DNA of 35,146 bases, taken from assembly GCA_050486325.1 (NCBI GenBank), contig JBJHDB010000001.1:1-35146 (forward strand), given 5' to 3'. Position numbers and translations under genes: made by a program. This document shows, in pieces, positions 7,779-16,475 of this stretch. The number at the start of each line of letters is the position of its first letter. Within the stretch, counting starts at the first letter, position 1. Under the pieces are notes generated by a model. That model was not told the origin of the DNA, ran no database searches, and saw nothing but the letters and a program-made list of their open reading frames with translations. The DNA is from Nitriliruptoraceae bacterium (GTDB lineage: Bacteria > Actinomycetota > Nitriliruptoria > Nitriliruptorales > Nitriliruptoraceae).

Positions 7779-9125
7779 GTGCTTGCCGACGACCGTCACG
7801 AACGATGCATCACGGAGGGCGAGGAGGCCACGCTGCCAAAGGGCCACCGCATACCGCCCAACAGGGTGCCGCGCCTGCTCGCTGCCGTCGGGCGCGCAGT
7901 CGGCATGCCTTTGGCCGAGGTCCGCGCGTACTGGGCACACGAGGCCCGCAGCATCAGATCAGGCTCGACCGCGCTCGCCATCGGCCTGGCCGCCACCATC
8001 GTTGCCGGTGTCGTGCTCGGTTCGGCAGAAGACGAACTCGAAGCCATCCCGGGACTTCTCGCGCTGATCCCGGCCGCGATCGGAATGCGCGGCTCGATCT
8101 TCGGCGCGCTGGGATCACGCCTGGCGACCGGCATCCACACCGGTGAGTTCCAGCCCGATCTGCGCCGCCGCAGCTACCTCGGTCGGCAGATCGAGGCGAC
8201 CACGATCCTGAGCTTCGCATCCGCGACCCAGGCGGGGTTGCTGGCATGGATCATCAGCCTGGCACTGGGACTGCGTACGGTGCCGTTGCTCGACCTCGTA
8301 GCCATCTCGCTCGTCGGGGGCCTGTTGTCCTCGATCGTGCTGTTCTTCGTCACCGTCGGCATGGCACGCCGCGCCAATCGACGCAGCTGGAACATGGACG
8401 ACGTCGGGGCACCGGTCATCACCGCAACCGGCGACCTCGTCACCCTTCCCGCCCTGCTCGTGGCCACCCTCGTCCTGCAACGCCCGGCTCTGGCCACGAC
8501 GCTCGGCGTGGTGGGACTCGTGACGTTCGTGGCGGGCCTCACGGTCGGTTGGCGATCGTCCGACCCCACGATCCGACGGGTCGTCCGGGAATCGATGGTG
8601 GTGCTCACGATCGCGGTCACCATCGACGTCATCGCCGGTGTCGTCGTCGAGTCGCGGGCACACACCCAGTTCGGGACTGCGGCGCTGCTGATCCTGCTGC
8701 CCCCTTTCATCGCCAACTGCGGGTCCCTCGGTGGGATGCTTTCCAGCAGACTGGCGTCCAAGCTCCACCTCGGCCAGCTCCAGCCGCGCCTGTTCCCGGG
8801 CCGGGTCGCCGCGCTCGACGTTTCGTTGACGACGCTGCTCGCCACGCTGGCGTTCACCGGGGTCGGGCTCGCGGGCTGGTGCGCCGCCGTGCTCGTACCC
8901 ACGGTCACCCCCCTGCCGTTGGCGACGACACTCGGGATCACCCTGTTGGCCGGCCTGTTCGCCTTGCCGGTGCTGGCCACGATCGCCTACCTCGCCGCGA
9001 CGACCTCGTTCCGGTTCGGCTTCGATCCGGACAACCACGGCATTCCGGTCGTCACCGCCACGATGGACCTCGCCGGAGTGATCTGCCTGGTCGCCGCGAT
9101 CGCAATACTCGGACAGGGGACGTGA
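7779..9125 (+). CDS. SLC41/MgtE-type divalent-cation transporter with two tandem MgtE membrane domains
   Basis: 448-aa ORF, very hydrophobic. Two internal copies of the MgtE/SLC41 motif are present: LIPAAIGMRGSIFGALGSRLATGIHTGEF and LPPFIANCGSLGGMLSSRLASKLHLGQL. The start is uncertain (GTG 7779, GTG 7866 or ATG 7905) and none has a clear SD. Confidence 0.7.
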   Translation: MLADDRHERCITEGEEATLPKGHRIPPNRVPRLLAAVGRAVGMPLAEVRAYWAHEARSIRSGSTALAIGLAATIVAGVVLGSAEDELEAIPGLLALIPAAIGMRGSIFGALGSRLATGIHTGEFQPDLRRRSYLGRQIEATTILSFASATQAGLLAWIISLALGLRTVPLLDLVAISLVGGLLSSIVLFFVTVGMARRANRRSWNMDDVGAPVITATGDLVTLPALLVATLVLQRPALATTLGVVGLVTFVAGLTVGWRSSDPTIRRVVRESMVVLTIAVTIDVIAGVVVESRAHTQFGTAALLILLPPFIANCGSLGGMLSSRLASKLHLGQLQPRLFPGRVAALDVSLTTLLATLAFTGVGLAGWCAAVLVPTVTPLPLATTLGITLLAGLFALPVLATIAYLAATTSFRFGFDPDNHGIPVVTATMDLAGVICLVAAIAILGQGT

Positions 9126-9174
9126 TGCGCACGCACAACACACCACGCAACAGTGCAGGTGCCGGGAGGATGAC

Positions 9175-10389
9175 ATGAGTCCACGCCGTACGGTCAAGGA
9201 GCTGCTCGTCGGCGCCAAGGACGCCGCCGAACTGATGGTCGACCTCGCCTACGCCGCGGTGTTCTTCGGTGACGACAGCCTGGCCCGCGAGGTGTTGCGC
9301 CTCGAGGAACGCGTAGACGAACTGCTCGTCGACCTGCGCGAAGTGTGCATGCTCGCTGCGCGCACCCCGGCGGACGCACAACAGCTTGCCGGCGTGCTGT
9401 CGATGGCCGTCTCCATCGAGGGCATCGCTGACTCGGCCGAGGACGTCGCCCGGGTGGTACTGAACGACGTCGGTGTTCCCCGCGAGTTGCGAGACGACCT
9501 GCGCCACGCCACCGAGGTGACCGCGCGCATCCGGATCCGCGACGACAACGCGCTGTCGGGCCGGCCGTTGAAGGAGCTCGAGCTGCCATCCCGATCGGGC
9601 ATGTGGATCATCGCGATCCGCCGGGATGACGACTGGATCTTCGGTCCGGAAGGTGACGTGGCCCTGCTCGCGAGTGATGTGCTGTTCCTGCAGGGACCAA
9701 AGGACGGGGTCGACCAGGTGCGCGAGCTCGCTGGCGGGCCGGCACGTGAACTGCCACCTCCCCCGGGGCCGACCCAGCTGAGCAACCTCGACCGGGCGGT
9801 CGACCTTGTCGTCGAACTCAAGAACGCCTCCGAGGTCGCCGTCGGCCTGGCCTACTCGGCGATCCTGCTGCGCGACCGCTCCCTTGGGAACGAGGTCGGC
9901 GCGATCGAGGCGAACTCCGACCGTCTGCTGCACGACCTGGAGAGCTGGGTGCTGCGCGCGGCCGCTGAGCTCGACGATCCCGACGAACTGCGCGGGCTGC
10001 TGCACCTGGCGGCCGCCTCGGAACGGATCGTCGACGCGGCCCGGTCGATGTGCCGGCTCGTCGAGGACGACGGACCGCCTCACCCGGTCATCGCCGCCGC
10101 GCTGGCCGAGGCCGACGAGATCGTCGCCGAGGCGATGGTCGAGCCGGACAGCCGGGTGGCCGATGCGAGCCTGGCCGAGCTGCGCCTGCACACCGAGACG
10201 GGGATGGAGGTGCTGGCCATCCAACGGCGTGAGCGTTGGATCTACCGTCCACGATCCTCACGCGTGCTCGAGGTCGGTGACCGCCTGCTGGCCATCGGAC
10301 CCGAATCCGGGGCGGCGCTGCTGCGTGCCTGGTCCGGCGACACACGCCCTGCCGGGGACGAAGGCTGGGTGGAACCGACCGAGAACTGA
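9175..10389 (+). CDS. Cytoplasmic regulator-like protein with duplicated PhoU-like helical and TrkA-C (RCK_C) modules
   Basis: 404-aa ORF with an ATG start preceded by gggagga. Two halves repeat the same pattern. Half 1 is AELMVDLAYAAVFFGDDSLAREVLRLEERVDEL...GRPLKELELPSRSGMWIIAIRR. Half 2 is SEVAVGLAYSAILLRDRSLGNEVGAIEANSDRL...ASLAELRLHTETGMEVLAIQR. Each is a PhoU-like helical bundle followed by a TrkA-C beta domain. Confidence 0.65.
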   Translation: MSPRRTVKELLVGAKDAAELMVDLAYAAVFFGDDSLAREVLRLEERVDELLVDLREVCMLAARTPADAQQLAGVLSMAVSIEGIADSAEDVARVVLNDVGVPRELRDDLRHATEVTARIRIRDDNALSGRPLKELELPSRSGMWIIAIRRDDDWIFGPEGDVALLASDVLFLQGPKDGVDQVRELAGGPARELPPPPGPTQLSNLDRAVDLVVELKNASEVAVGLAYSAILLRDRSLGNEVGAIEANSDRLLHDLESWVLRAAAELDDPDELRGLLHLAAASERIVDAARSMCRLVEDDGPPHPVIAAALAEADEIVAEAMVEPDSRVADASLAELRLHTETGMEVLAIQRRERWIYRPRSSRVLEVGDRLLAIGPESGAALLRAWSGDTRPAGDEGWVEPTEN

Positions 10390-10499
10390 CGTGACCCCCG
10401 AGGGGAGGTCGGATCACGTGCCACAGCACGCCACATGTCGGCGCACGCCACGTGCCGCCGCGCGCTCTACCGCCCGCGCCCCACGACCCGTCTGGGGTC

Positions 10500-11288
10500 T
10501 CAGTCGGTCCCGAGCGTGTCGATCACACCCTCGAAGTCCCGTCGGTACCGGCCGAGCCGTGGCCGGTGGAGGATCGACACGGTCGCGCGGGGGCCATCGA
10601 GGCCTGGCCCGCGGTCGCGTCCGGCGCGGCCAACCCCGGGCCAGGCCATCGGCAGATGCTGCCAGGCTTCCAGGACAGGCACCAGATAGGCCGGCTCACC
10701 TGTCGGCAGCTTCAGGCCGGTCTTGAGCCCGGCCGCGAGCAGCTGGTCGTGCAGTGAGGCGATGAGCTGGGTCGCCGCTTCGGTCTGTCCGCGCCGGAGT
10801 CCGTACAACTCCAGGTCCGGAACGTCGAACCTGGCCGCACCGTGCGTGCGGACCCACCAGGTGCCCTCGCCTTCCGTCGCCGACGCGATCGCGTCGCCAC
10901 GATCGGCCCCGGTGACCGCCACACGGTTCAGCCAGGCCTCGTCGCGCACCTGGCGTGCCGACTCGTCCCAGACGTGAGCGACCCGCCCGCGCAGCTGGCG
11001 CGCCATGGCCTGGAGCAAGCGGGCCTGCCGCTGCATCCCGTGATGCACGCCATCGGCGCCGACATACGTCTCGGTGCGCAGCAGCACGACGTCGTCGTCA
11101 TGCACGATGCGCACCACGGCTTTCTGCATCCGCCCGCCCCAGTGCACCTCGTGCGCGACGGAGGACTCGCCGGACAGGGGCGCATGCCGGTCGATGTCGC
11201 CCGCAGCCATCGCCGCGGCGACGGTCTCGCCGACGTCGACCGTGTCATCGAGCACCAACCCGACCTGGGACGTGTACCGATCGGCCAC
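10500..11288 (-). CDS. Conserved hypothetical protein (possibly DUF4261/SUFU-like)
   Basis: The 386-aa track ORF overlaps birA in its N-terminal part. I place the start at GTG 11288, preceded by gaaagg, giving 262 aa. The segment GTWWVRTHGAARFDVPDLELYGL resembles the core of DUF4261-type proteins, but this is from memory only. Confidence 0.5.
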   Translation of the reverse strand: MADRYTSQVGLVLDDTVDVGETVAAAMAAGDIDRHAPLSGESSVAHEVHWGGRMQKAVVRIVHDDDVVLLRTETYVGADGVHHGMQRQARLLQAMARQLRGRVAHVWDESARQVRDEAWLNRVAVTGADRGDAIASATEGEGTWWVRTHGAARFDVPDLELYGLRRGQTEAATQLIASLHDQLLAAGLKTGLKLPTGEPAYLVPVLEAWQHLPMAWPGVGRAGRDRGPGLDGPRATVSILHRPRLGRYRRDFEGVIDTLGTD

Positions 11289-11365
11289 ACGATGCCTTTC
11301 GTGCCGAAGCTGTTTCGGGTGAGGGTACGACCCGCACCGCGACGGCCCCTCGACGATGCTGTGCC

Positions 11366-12229
11366 TCAGCGCAGGTGCACCACGTCCCCTGCAGCTACCA
11401 CCTGCGAACCCCGGTCTCCGGCGACCAGCAGCCGGCCGTCGTGGTCGACGTCCACGGCGCGCCCTTCGAGCGTCCGGCCACCGGGAAGCTCCACCCGCAC
11501 GTCCCGCCCGAGGGTGTCGCATCGAGCGCGGTAGGCGTCCAAGGTGGCGGTGACGTTCGACGCGAGCACCTCGATCCGCCGCGACAGCGCGTCGAGCAGG
11601 CCGGCAAGCAGCGCACCACGATCGACGTCCGATCCAGCGGCTTCGGCCACCGAAATCCATCCGGACGTTTCGTCGTCACGCCGCACGCCCCGCCAGTCGA
11701 CGTTCACACCGCAGCCGACCAGGACCACGACCGCTCCGGCTGCCTCGTGCCGCTCGACGAGGATCCCGGCGAGCTTGCGCTCCCGATGGCGCACGTCGTT
11801 CGGCCATTTCAGGCAAACCGCATCACCGATCGACGGTGCCGCGGCCGCACACGCATCGGCCACCGCCAACCCGACGACCAGCGGCAGCAGCCCCATCCCG
11901 GCCATCTCGTCGACGGTTGCGGTGACGGCCAGGTTGGCGGGACCTCCCCGCGGTGTGCGCACATCGTCACGCCAGCTGCGCCCGGCGCGGCCACGACCAG
12001 CATGCTGGCGGTCGGCGACGACGACCAGTCCGGCGGGCTCACCGTCACGCAGGCGTCCCAGTGCGACGTCCTGCGTAGAGCTCACCTCCGGCAGGTGCAG
12101 CACCGTGTGCCAGCGGCCGGCTGGCCCGACAACGTCGGCGAGAGCGGGGTGCTGCGACAGGTCCGCGTCGACCGGCGCCGGATGCGCGTCCTCGCCGACC
12201 GGCGCCGCATGCACATCGTCACCGACCAC
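11366..12229 (-). CDS. birA: Biotin--[acetyl-CoA-carboxylase] ligase, class I (no N-terminal HTH)
   Basis: 287-aa ORF with VSSTQD...[18 protein letters not shown] (the GRGRxGR biotin/ATP loop) and KWPNDV. It is divergent from the carboxyltransferase gene, as birA is from accD5 in M. tuberculosis. The start is GTG 12229 or GTG 12214. Confidence 0.85.
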   Translation of the reverse strand: MVGDDVHAAPVGEDAHPAPVDADLSQHPALADVVGPAGRWHTVLHLPEVSSTQDVALGRLRDGEPAGLVVVADRQHAGRGRAGRSWRDDVRTPRGGPANLAVTATVDEMAGMGLLPLVVGLAVADACAAAAPSIGDAVCLKWPNDVRHRERKLAGILVERHEAAGAVVVLVGCGVNVDWRGVRRDDETSGWISVAEAAGSDVDRGALLAGLLDALSRRIEVLASNVTATLDAYRARCDTLGRDVRVELPGGRTLEGRAVDVDHDGRLLVAGDRGSQVVAAGDVVHLR

Positions 12230-12264
12230 CGCGACCTCCGTTGCCCAGGAGTTGGAGCACTAGC

Positions 12265-13866
12265 ATGCCTGACGCTGGACGTGCACCTGGCACCGGACGG
12301 TGGAGCACCGTGGCCGACGCGACCCGCGAGCAGATCGACGAGCTCGACCGACGCCTGGCGGAATCACGTGCCGGCGGCGGGCCCGATGCGGTCGCCCGCC
12401 AACACGACCGCGGCAAGCTCACCGCCCGTGAGCGCCTCGATCTCCTGCTGGACCCTGGTTCGTTCGTCGAGACCGATGCGCTGGCGGTCCATCGCGCGAC
12501 CGGTTTCGGCATGGAGGACCGCCGTTTCCCCGGCGACGGAGTCGTCACCGGACACGGCACCGTCGACGGGCGAGGCGTGTGCGTCTTCAGCCAGGACTTC
12601 ACCGTGTTCGGCGGGTCGCTCGGTGAGGTGTTCGCCGCCAAGATCGTCAAGGTGATGGAGCTGGCCGAACGCACCGGTGTCCCCATCATCGGACTCAACG
12701 ACTCCGGAGGCGCCCGCATCCAGGAAGGGGTGGTCAGCCTCGGCGGGTACGGCGACATCTTCCATCGCAACGTGCGCTGCTCCGGGGTGGTGCCCCAGAT
12801 ATCGGCGGTGATGGGGCCGTGCGCGGGTGGGGCGGTCTATTCGCCGGCGGTCACCGACTTCGTGTTCATGGTGCGTGACACCGCACACATGTTCATCACC
12901 GGCCCCGACGTCGTCCGATCGGTGACCGGCGAGGAGGTCACCATGGAGGAGCTCGGTGGGGCGATCACCCACGCGACCACCTCCGGGGTGGCGCACTTCG
13001 CCGCCGATGACGACCATGCCTGTATCGAGGACATCAAGGTCCTGCTCGGGTTCCTGCCGTCAAACAACCTCGACGGCAGCCCCGTGGTCGGCACGGGCGA
13101 CGACCCGGAGCGTCTCGTCGACGCGTTGGACGCCTTCATGCCCGACGACCCCAACACGCCCTACGACGTGCGTGACGTGGTGCGGGCGGTGGTCGACGAC
13201 GGTGAGCTGCTCGAGGTGCACGAACGCTGGGCCGTCAACATCGTCGTCGGATTCGCCCGTCTCGACGGGCGAACCATAGGCGTGGTCGGCAATCAGCCTC
13301 AGCACCTCGCCGGGGTGCTCGACATCGACGCGTCGGAGAAGGCCGCCCGTTTCGTCCGCTTCTGCGACGCGTTCAACATCCCGGTGGTCACCTTCGTCGA
13401 CGTCCCCGGCTTCCTCCCCGGGGTCGAACAGGAGCACCTGGGCATCATCCGGCGTGGCGCAAAGCTGCTGTACGCGTACGCCGAGGCGACCGTTCCCAAG
13501 CTCACGGTCATCCTGCGCAAGGCCTACGGCGGCGCCTACGACGTGATGGGTTCCAAACACCTGGGCGCCGACGTCAATCTCGCCTGGCCGTCCGCGCAGA
13601 TCGCGGTGATGGGTGCGCGCGGTGCGGTCGGGATCCTGCACCGGCGCGAGCTGGCGGCGGCCGATGACCCGGAGCCTCTGCGGACACGGTTCGCCGACGA
13701 GTATCGCCGTGACCTCGACAACCCCTGGCGCGCAGCCGAACGCGGCTATATCGATGCCGTCATCCCTCCGTCGGAGACCCGCCGCCAGCTCGTGCGCGGA
13801 CTGCGTCTCACCGCCAGCAAACGGGTTGGCCCGCCACCACGCCGCCACGGGAACATGCCGCTGTGA
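12265..13866 (+). CDS. accD5: Acyl-CoA (propionyl-CoA) carboxylase carboxyltransferase beta subunit
   Basis: The sequence is PccB/AccD5-like throughout: [55 protein letters not shown] favour ATG 12265, which is 12 nt downstream of aggag. TTG 12241 is the alternative. Confidence 0.9.
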   Translation: MPDAGRAPGTGRWSTVADATREQIDELDRRLAESRAGGGPDAVARQHDRGKLTARERLDLLLDPGSFVETDALAVHRATGFGMEDRRFPGDGVVTGHGTVDGRGVCVFSQDFTVFGGSLGEVFAAKIVKVMELAERTGVPIIGLNDSGGARIQEGVVSLGGYGDIFHRNVRCSGVVPQISAVMGPCAGGAVYSPAVTDFVFMVRDTAHMFITGPDVVRSVTGEEVTMEELGGAITHATTSGVAHFAADDDHACIEDIKVLLGFLPSNNLDGSPVVGTGDDPERLVDALDAFMPDDPNTPYDVRDVVRAVVDDGELLEVHERWAVNIVVGFARLDGRTIGVVGNQPQHLAGVLDIDASEKAARFVRFCDAFNIPVVTFVDVPGFLPGVEQEHLGIIRRGAKLLYAYAEATVPKLTVILRKAYGGAYDVMGSKHLGADVNLAWPSAQIAVMGARGAVGILHRRELAAADDPEPLRTRFADEYRRDLDNPWRAAERGYIDAVIPPSETRRQLVRGLRLTASKRVGPPPRRHGNMPL

Positions 13867-14102
13867 GCCTGCGATTCACCGTCGTCGAAGGGGGCACGCC
13901 CCCGCGGGAGCAGCTTGCCGCGATCGAACTCGGCCTGGCCATGGTTGCGGTCCGGGACGAGGTTTCGGCGAAGACCTCCAGCGCCACCGCGTGGGAGCAC
14001 ACCGCGCGGCGCGAAGCGGTCGGACTGGCCGGTCAGGCCGCCGGTTCCAACTCGTCGTCGCCCTCCTCGGCGGCCTGGGCGGCCTCTTCGGGCGTCGCAT
14101 AG
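13863..14102 (+). CDS. accE: Acyl-CoA carboxylase epsilon subunit
   Basis: 79-aa ORF whose GTG overlaps the accD stop (GTGA at 13863-13866). The N-terminus [26 protein letters not shown] matches the epsilon-subunit pattern. The low-complexity tail overlaps the convergent cupredoxin gene by 70 nt. Confidence 0.65.
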   Translation: MSLRFTVVEGGTPPREQLAAIELGLAMVAVRDEVSAKTSSATAWEHTARREAVGLAGQAAGSNSSSPSSAAWAASSGVA

Positions 14103-14542
14103 ACAGTTACGGTGGTCTCCATCCCTGCCTGGCGGTGACCAGGGACGTTGCAGATGACCGTCCACTCGCCGGGGAACAGCAGCACGGTGCCGGTACCCGT
14201 CTCGAACGCATCCGCTTCGGGGATGTCCGAACCGTCGGCAGCGCCGAGGAACTCGGCGTTGTGGTACGCGTCGCTCGCATTGACGACGGTCACCTCGATC
14301 TCACCGGTCACCATCGTGCCGCCGAGCTCGGTGAAGTAGAAGTTGCCCATCTCGAGTTCGAGGTCGCCGCCGGGGCCGACGGGACGGATCTCGTCGCATC
14401 CCTCCTCACCGGGAGGGCAGGCCAGGGCCTGAGCCTCGACCGCGCCGTCAGGCACGGTGGCGCACCCGGCCACCAACACGGCGGCTGCGGCCAGCAGCCC
14501 CACGGTACGTCTGCTGATGCGACGGCTGATATGACGGCGCAC
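14033..14542 (-). CDS. Type-1 copper (cupredoxin, plastocyanin/azurin-like) lipoprotein
   Basis: I place the start at GTG 14542, preceded by aggag with a 7-nt spacer, giving 169 aa. There is a signal peptide plus lipobox (LLAAAAVLVAGC). The copper ligands are in place: H in DAYHNAEF and C-x4-H-x4-M in [19 protein letters not shown]. The C-terminal tail is acidic. Confidence 0.75.
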   Translation of the reverse strand: MRRHISRRISRRTVGLLAAAAVLVAGCATVPDGAVEAQALACPPGEEGCDEIRPVGPGGDLELEMGNFYFTELGGTMVTGEIEVTVVNASDAYHNAEFLGAADGSDIPEADAFETGTGTVLLFPGEWTVICNVPGHRQAGMETTVTVYATPEEAAQAAEEGDDELEPAA

Positions 14543-14623
14543 GTCGATGCTCCTACCGACTCGACACGGTCGGGCGGAGCCTACCGGCGGGCACCGCAGT
14601 CGTGGAATCGGTACGCGAAGCCT

Positions 14624-14671
14624 TGCCCGGACCGGGCATGTCTTAGGCTTCGGTCCACGGTCGGACCGTGG
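14624..14671. promoter_or_regulatory. Two perfect palindromes in the accA leader/promoter region
   Basis: The palindromes are tgcccggAccgggca (14624-14638) and ccacggtcGgaccgtgg (14655-14671). The second ends 25 nt upstream of the accA ATG at 14697. Both lie in the 154-nt region between the divergent cupredoxin and accA starts. Confidence 0.35.
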
Positions 14672-14696
14672 CGGATTCGCCGGCTCGGAGCGCCAG

Positions 14697-16451
14697 ATGT
14701 TCGATGCCGTACTGGTGGCCAACCGCGGCGAGATCGCCGTGAGGATCATCCGTGCCTGCCGTGAGCTCGGCGTTCGTGCTGTGGCCGTCTACAGCGAGGC
14801 GGACCGGGACGCGGTGCATGTCCGGCTGGCCGACGAGGCCTTCCTGATCGGCCCGGCCGAGGCACGTCGCTCCTACCTGGACATCGACCGGATCGTGGCG
14901 GTCGCCCGCGAGGCGGGGGTCGACGCGATCCACCCCGGCTACGGGTTCCTGGCCGAGAACGCGACCTTCGCCGAGGCGGTCGCCGACGCCGGGATGGTGT
15001 TCATCGGGCCTTCCGCCCACGCGATCCGTGCGATGGGAGACAAGCTGTCGGCGCGCGCGGTCGCCCGTGCAGCGTCGGTGCCGGTCGTCGCGGGCACCGA
15101 CGGGCCGGTCACCGACACCCGAGCTGCCGAGGCGTTCGCCACCGAGCACGGTCTCCCGATCGCGATCAAGGCGATGTTCGGAGGCGGCGGGCGCGGCATG
15201 AAGATCGTCGAGTCGGACCGCGACCTCGCGGCCGCGCTCGACGCGGCGCGCCGTGAATCGCGCGCGTCGTTCGGTCGTGACGAGGTCTATCTCGAGCGAT
15301 ACCTGCCACGTTCACGACACGTCGAGGTCCAGGTGGTCGGCGACCTCGACGGCACCGTGATCCACCTCGGCGACCGGGACTGCACGTTGCAGCGCCGGCA
15401 CCAGAAGCTCATCGAGGAGGCGCCCGCACCCGGCCTTCACGACGACCTGCGCTCCGCACTGGCCGACGCCGCGATCCGGATCGCCAAGACGATGGGCTAC
15501 ACCTCGGCGGGAACCTGCGAGTTCCTGGTCGACGGCCTCGATGGCACCCCCAGATTCCACTTCCTGGAGATGAACACGCGCCTGCAGGTCGAACATCCCG
15601 TCACCGAGCTCGTCACCGGATTCGACCTGGTCCATGCGCAGCTGCGCATCGCCAGTGGGCAGGGCCTGGGAATCACACAGGCGGACGTGGAGGTGCGCGG
15701 ACATGCGATCGAAGCGCGGATCAACGCCGAAGATCCCGCCGAGGGGTTTCTCCCGCGGCCCGGACGGATCGAACGGTTCGTCGCACCGGCCGGGCCGGGC
15801 ATACGGGTCGATGCCGGCGTCGAGTCGGGTGGGACGATCAGCGGCGATTACGACTCGATGATCGCCAAGCTGGTGGTCTGGGACCTCGACCGCGACCGGG
15901 CGCGGGCCCGCATGCGGCGGGCTCTCGACGAGCTGCACATCGACGGTCCGCCGACGACGGCCGAGTTCCATCGAATGGCCATCGACCACCAGCAGTTCGT
16001 CGATGCACGGCACGCGACCACCTCGGTCGAGCAGGATTGGGATCTGTCCGCGCTGAGCCAAGCGCCGTGCGGCACCACCGTCGCTGGTGGAGCACCCGAA
16101 CAGGATGCTGGTCGTGAGGTGGTCGTCGAGGTCGATGGACGCCGGTTCGCGCTGCGCGTGTTCGATCAGGCCGAACAAGGCCCGCAACCGCGACGACGCG
16201 TGCGTGACAAGGCCAGTGGACCTGCCCTCGATCCGGGCACGGGGGCCCTGCGGGCGCCGATGCAGGGCACCGTCGTCGCCCATCTGGTCGCTGAGGGCGA
16301 CACGGTTGCCGTGGGTGACGTGGTGGTCGTCGTCGAGGCGATGAAGATGGAGAACCCCATCAGCGCGCATCGCGACGGCACGGTCACCCGGCTGCATGTC
16401 CCACCGGGTGGTGGCGTGGCAAAGGGCGAGCCGCTGGTCACGATCGAGTGA
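14697..16451 (+). CDS. accA: Acetyl/propionyl-CoA carboxylase alpha subunit (biotin carboxylase plus BCCP domain)
   Basis: I place the start at ATG 14697 (MFDAVLVANRGEIAVRIIRACRELG), giving 584 aa. It has an ATP-grasp biotin carboxylase core and a C-terminal biotinyl motif VVVVEAMKMENPI. The upstream part of the 634-aa track ORF is non-coding-like. Confidence 0.9.
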   Translation: MFDAVLVANRGEIAVRIIRACRELGVRAVAVYSEADRDAVHVRLADEAFLIGPAEARRSYLDIDRIVAVAREAGVDAIHPGYGFLAENATFAEAVADAGMVFIGPSAHAIRAMGDKLSARAVARAASVPVVAGTDGPVTDTRAAEAFATEHGLPIAIKAMFGGGGRGMKIVESDRDLAAALDAARRESRASFGRDEVYLERYLPRSRHVEVQVVGDLDGTVIHLGDRDCTLQRRHQKLIEEAPAPGLHDDLRSALADAAIRIAKTMGYTSAGTCEFLVDGLDGTPRFHFLEMNTRLQVEHPVTELVTGFDLVHAQLRIASGQGLGITQADVEVRGHAIEARINAEDPAEGFLPRPGRIERFVAPAGPGIRVDAGVESGGTISGDYDSMIAKLVVWDLDRDRARARMRRALDELHIDGPPTTAEFHRMAIDHQQFVDARHATTSVEQDWDLSALSQAPCGTTVAGGAPEQDAGREVVVEVDGRRFALRVFDQAEQGPQPRRRVRDKASGPALDPGTGALRAPMQGTVVAHLVAEGDTVAVGDVVVVVEAMKMENPISAHRDGTVTRLHVPPGGGVAKGEPLVTIE

Positions 16452-16475
16452 GACCTCAGACGGTCTCTTCGAGAC
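16450..16475. terminator. Weak alternative hairpins between the convergent accA and lpdA stops
   Basis: gagacc (16450-16455) pairs with ggtctc (16462-16467). Alternatively gtctc (16463-16467) pairs with gagac (16471-16475). The two stop codons are only 4 nt apart. Confidence 0.2.

Noticed and set aside
6335-8146. 603-aa plus-strand ORF. Similar long ORFs are at 10955-12655 (+), 18886-20286 (+), 9052-10224 (-), 8115-9218 (-) and 15312-16397 (-).
   Set aside because: Each lies antisense to a gene with strong family signatures (fadE, birA/accD, mcm/sdhB, the PhoU/TrkA-C gene, the MgtE-like gene and accA). Each has biased, motif-free composition.
10390-10499. Terminator or sRNA in the convergent gap after the PhoU/TrkA-C gene
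   Set aside because: I found only an imperfect hairpin (gacccc-cga-ggggaggtc, with a bulge) and a short repeated cacgccac. The structure is too weak and has no U-tract, so I do not call it.
11289-11660. N-terminal 124 codons of the 386-aa ORF 10500-11660
   Set aside because: This stretch overlaps the 3' end of birA in another frame and is Arg-rich low-complexity sequence. A GTG with an SD at 11288 gives a sensible 262-aa protein.
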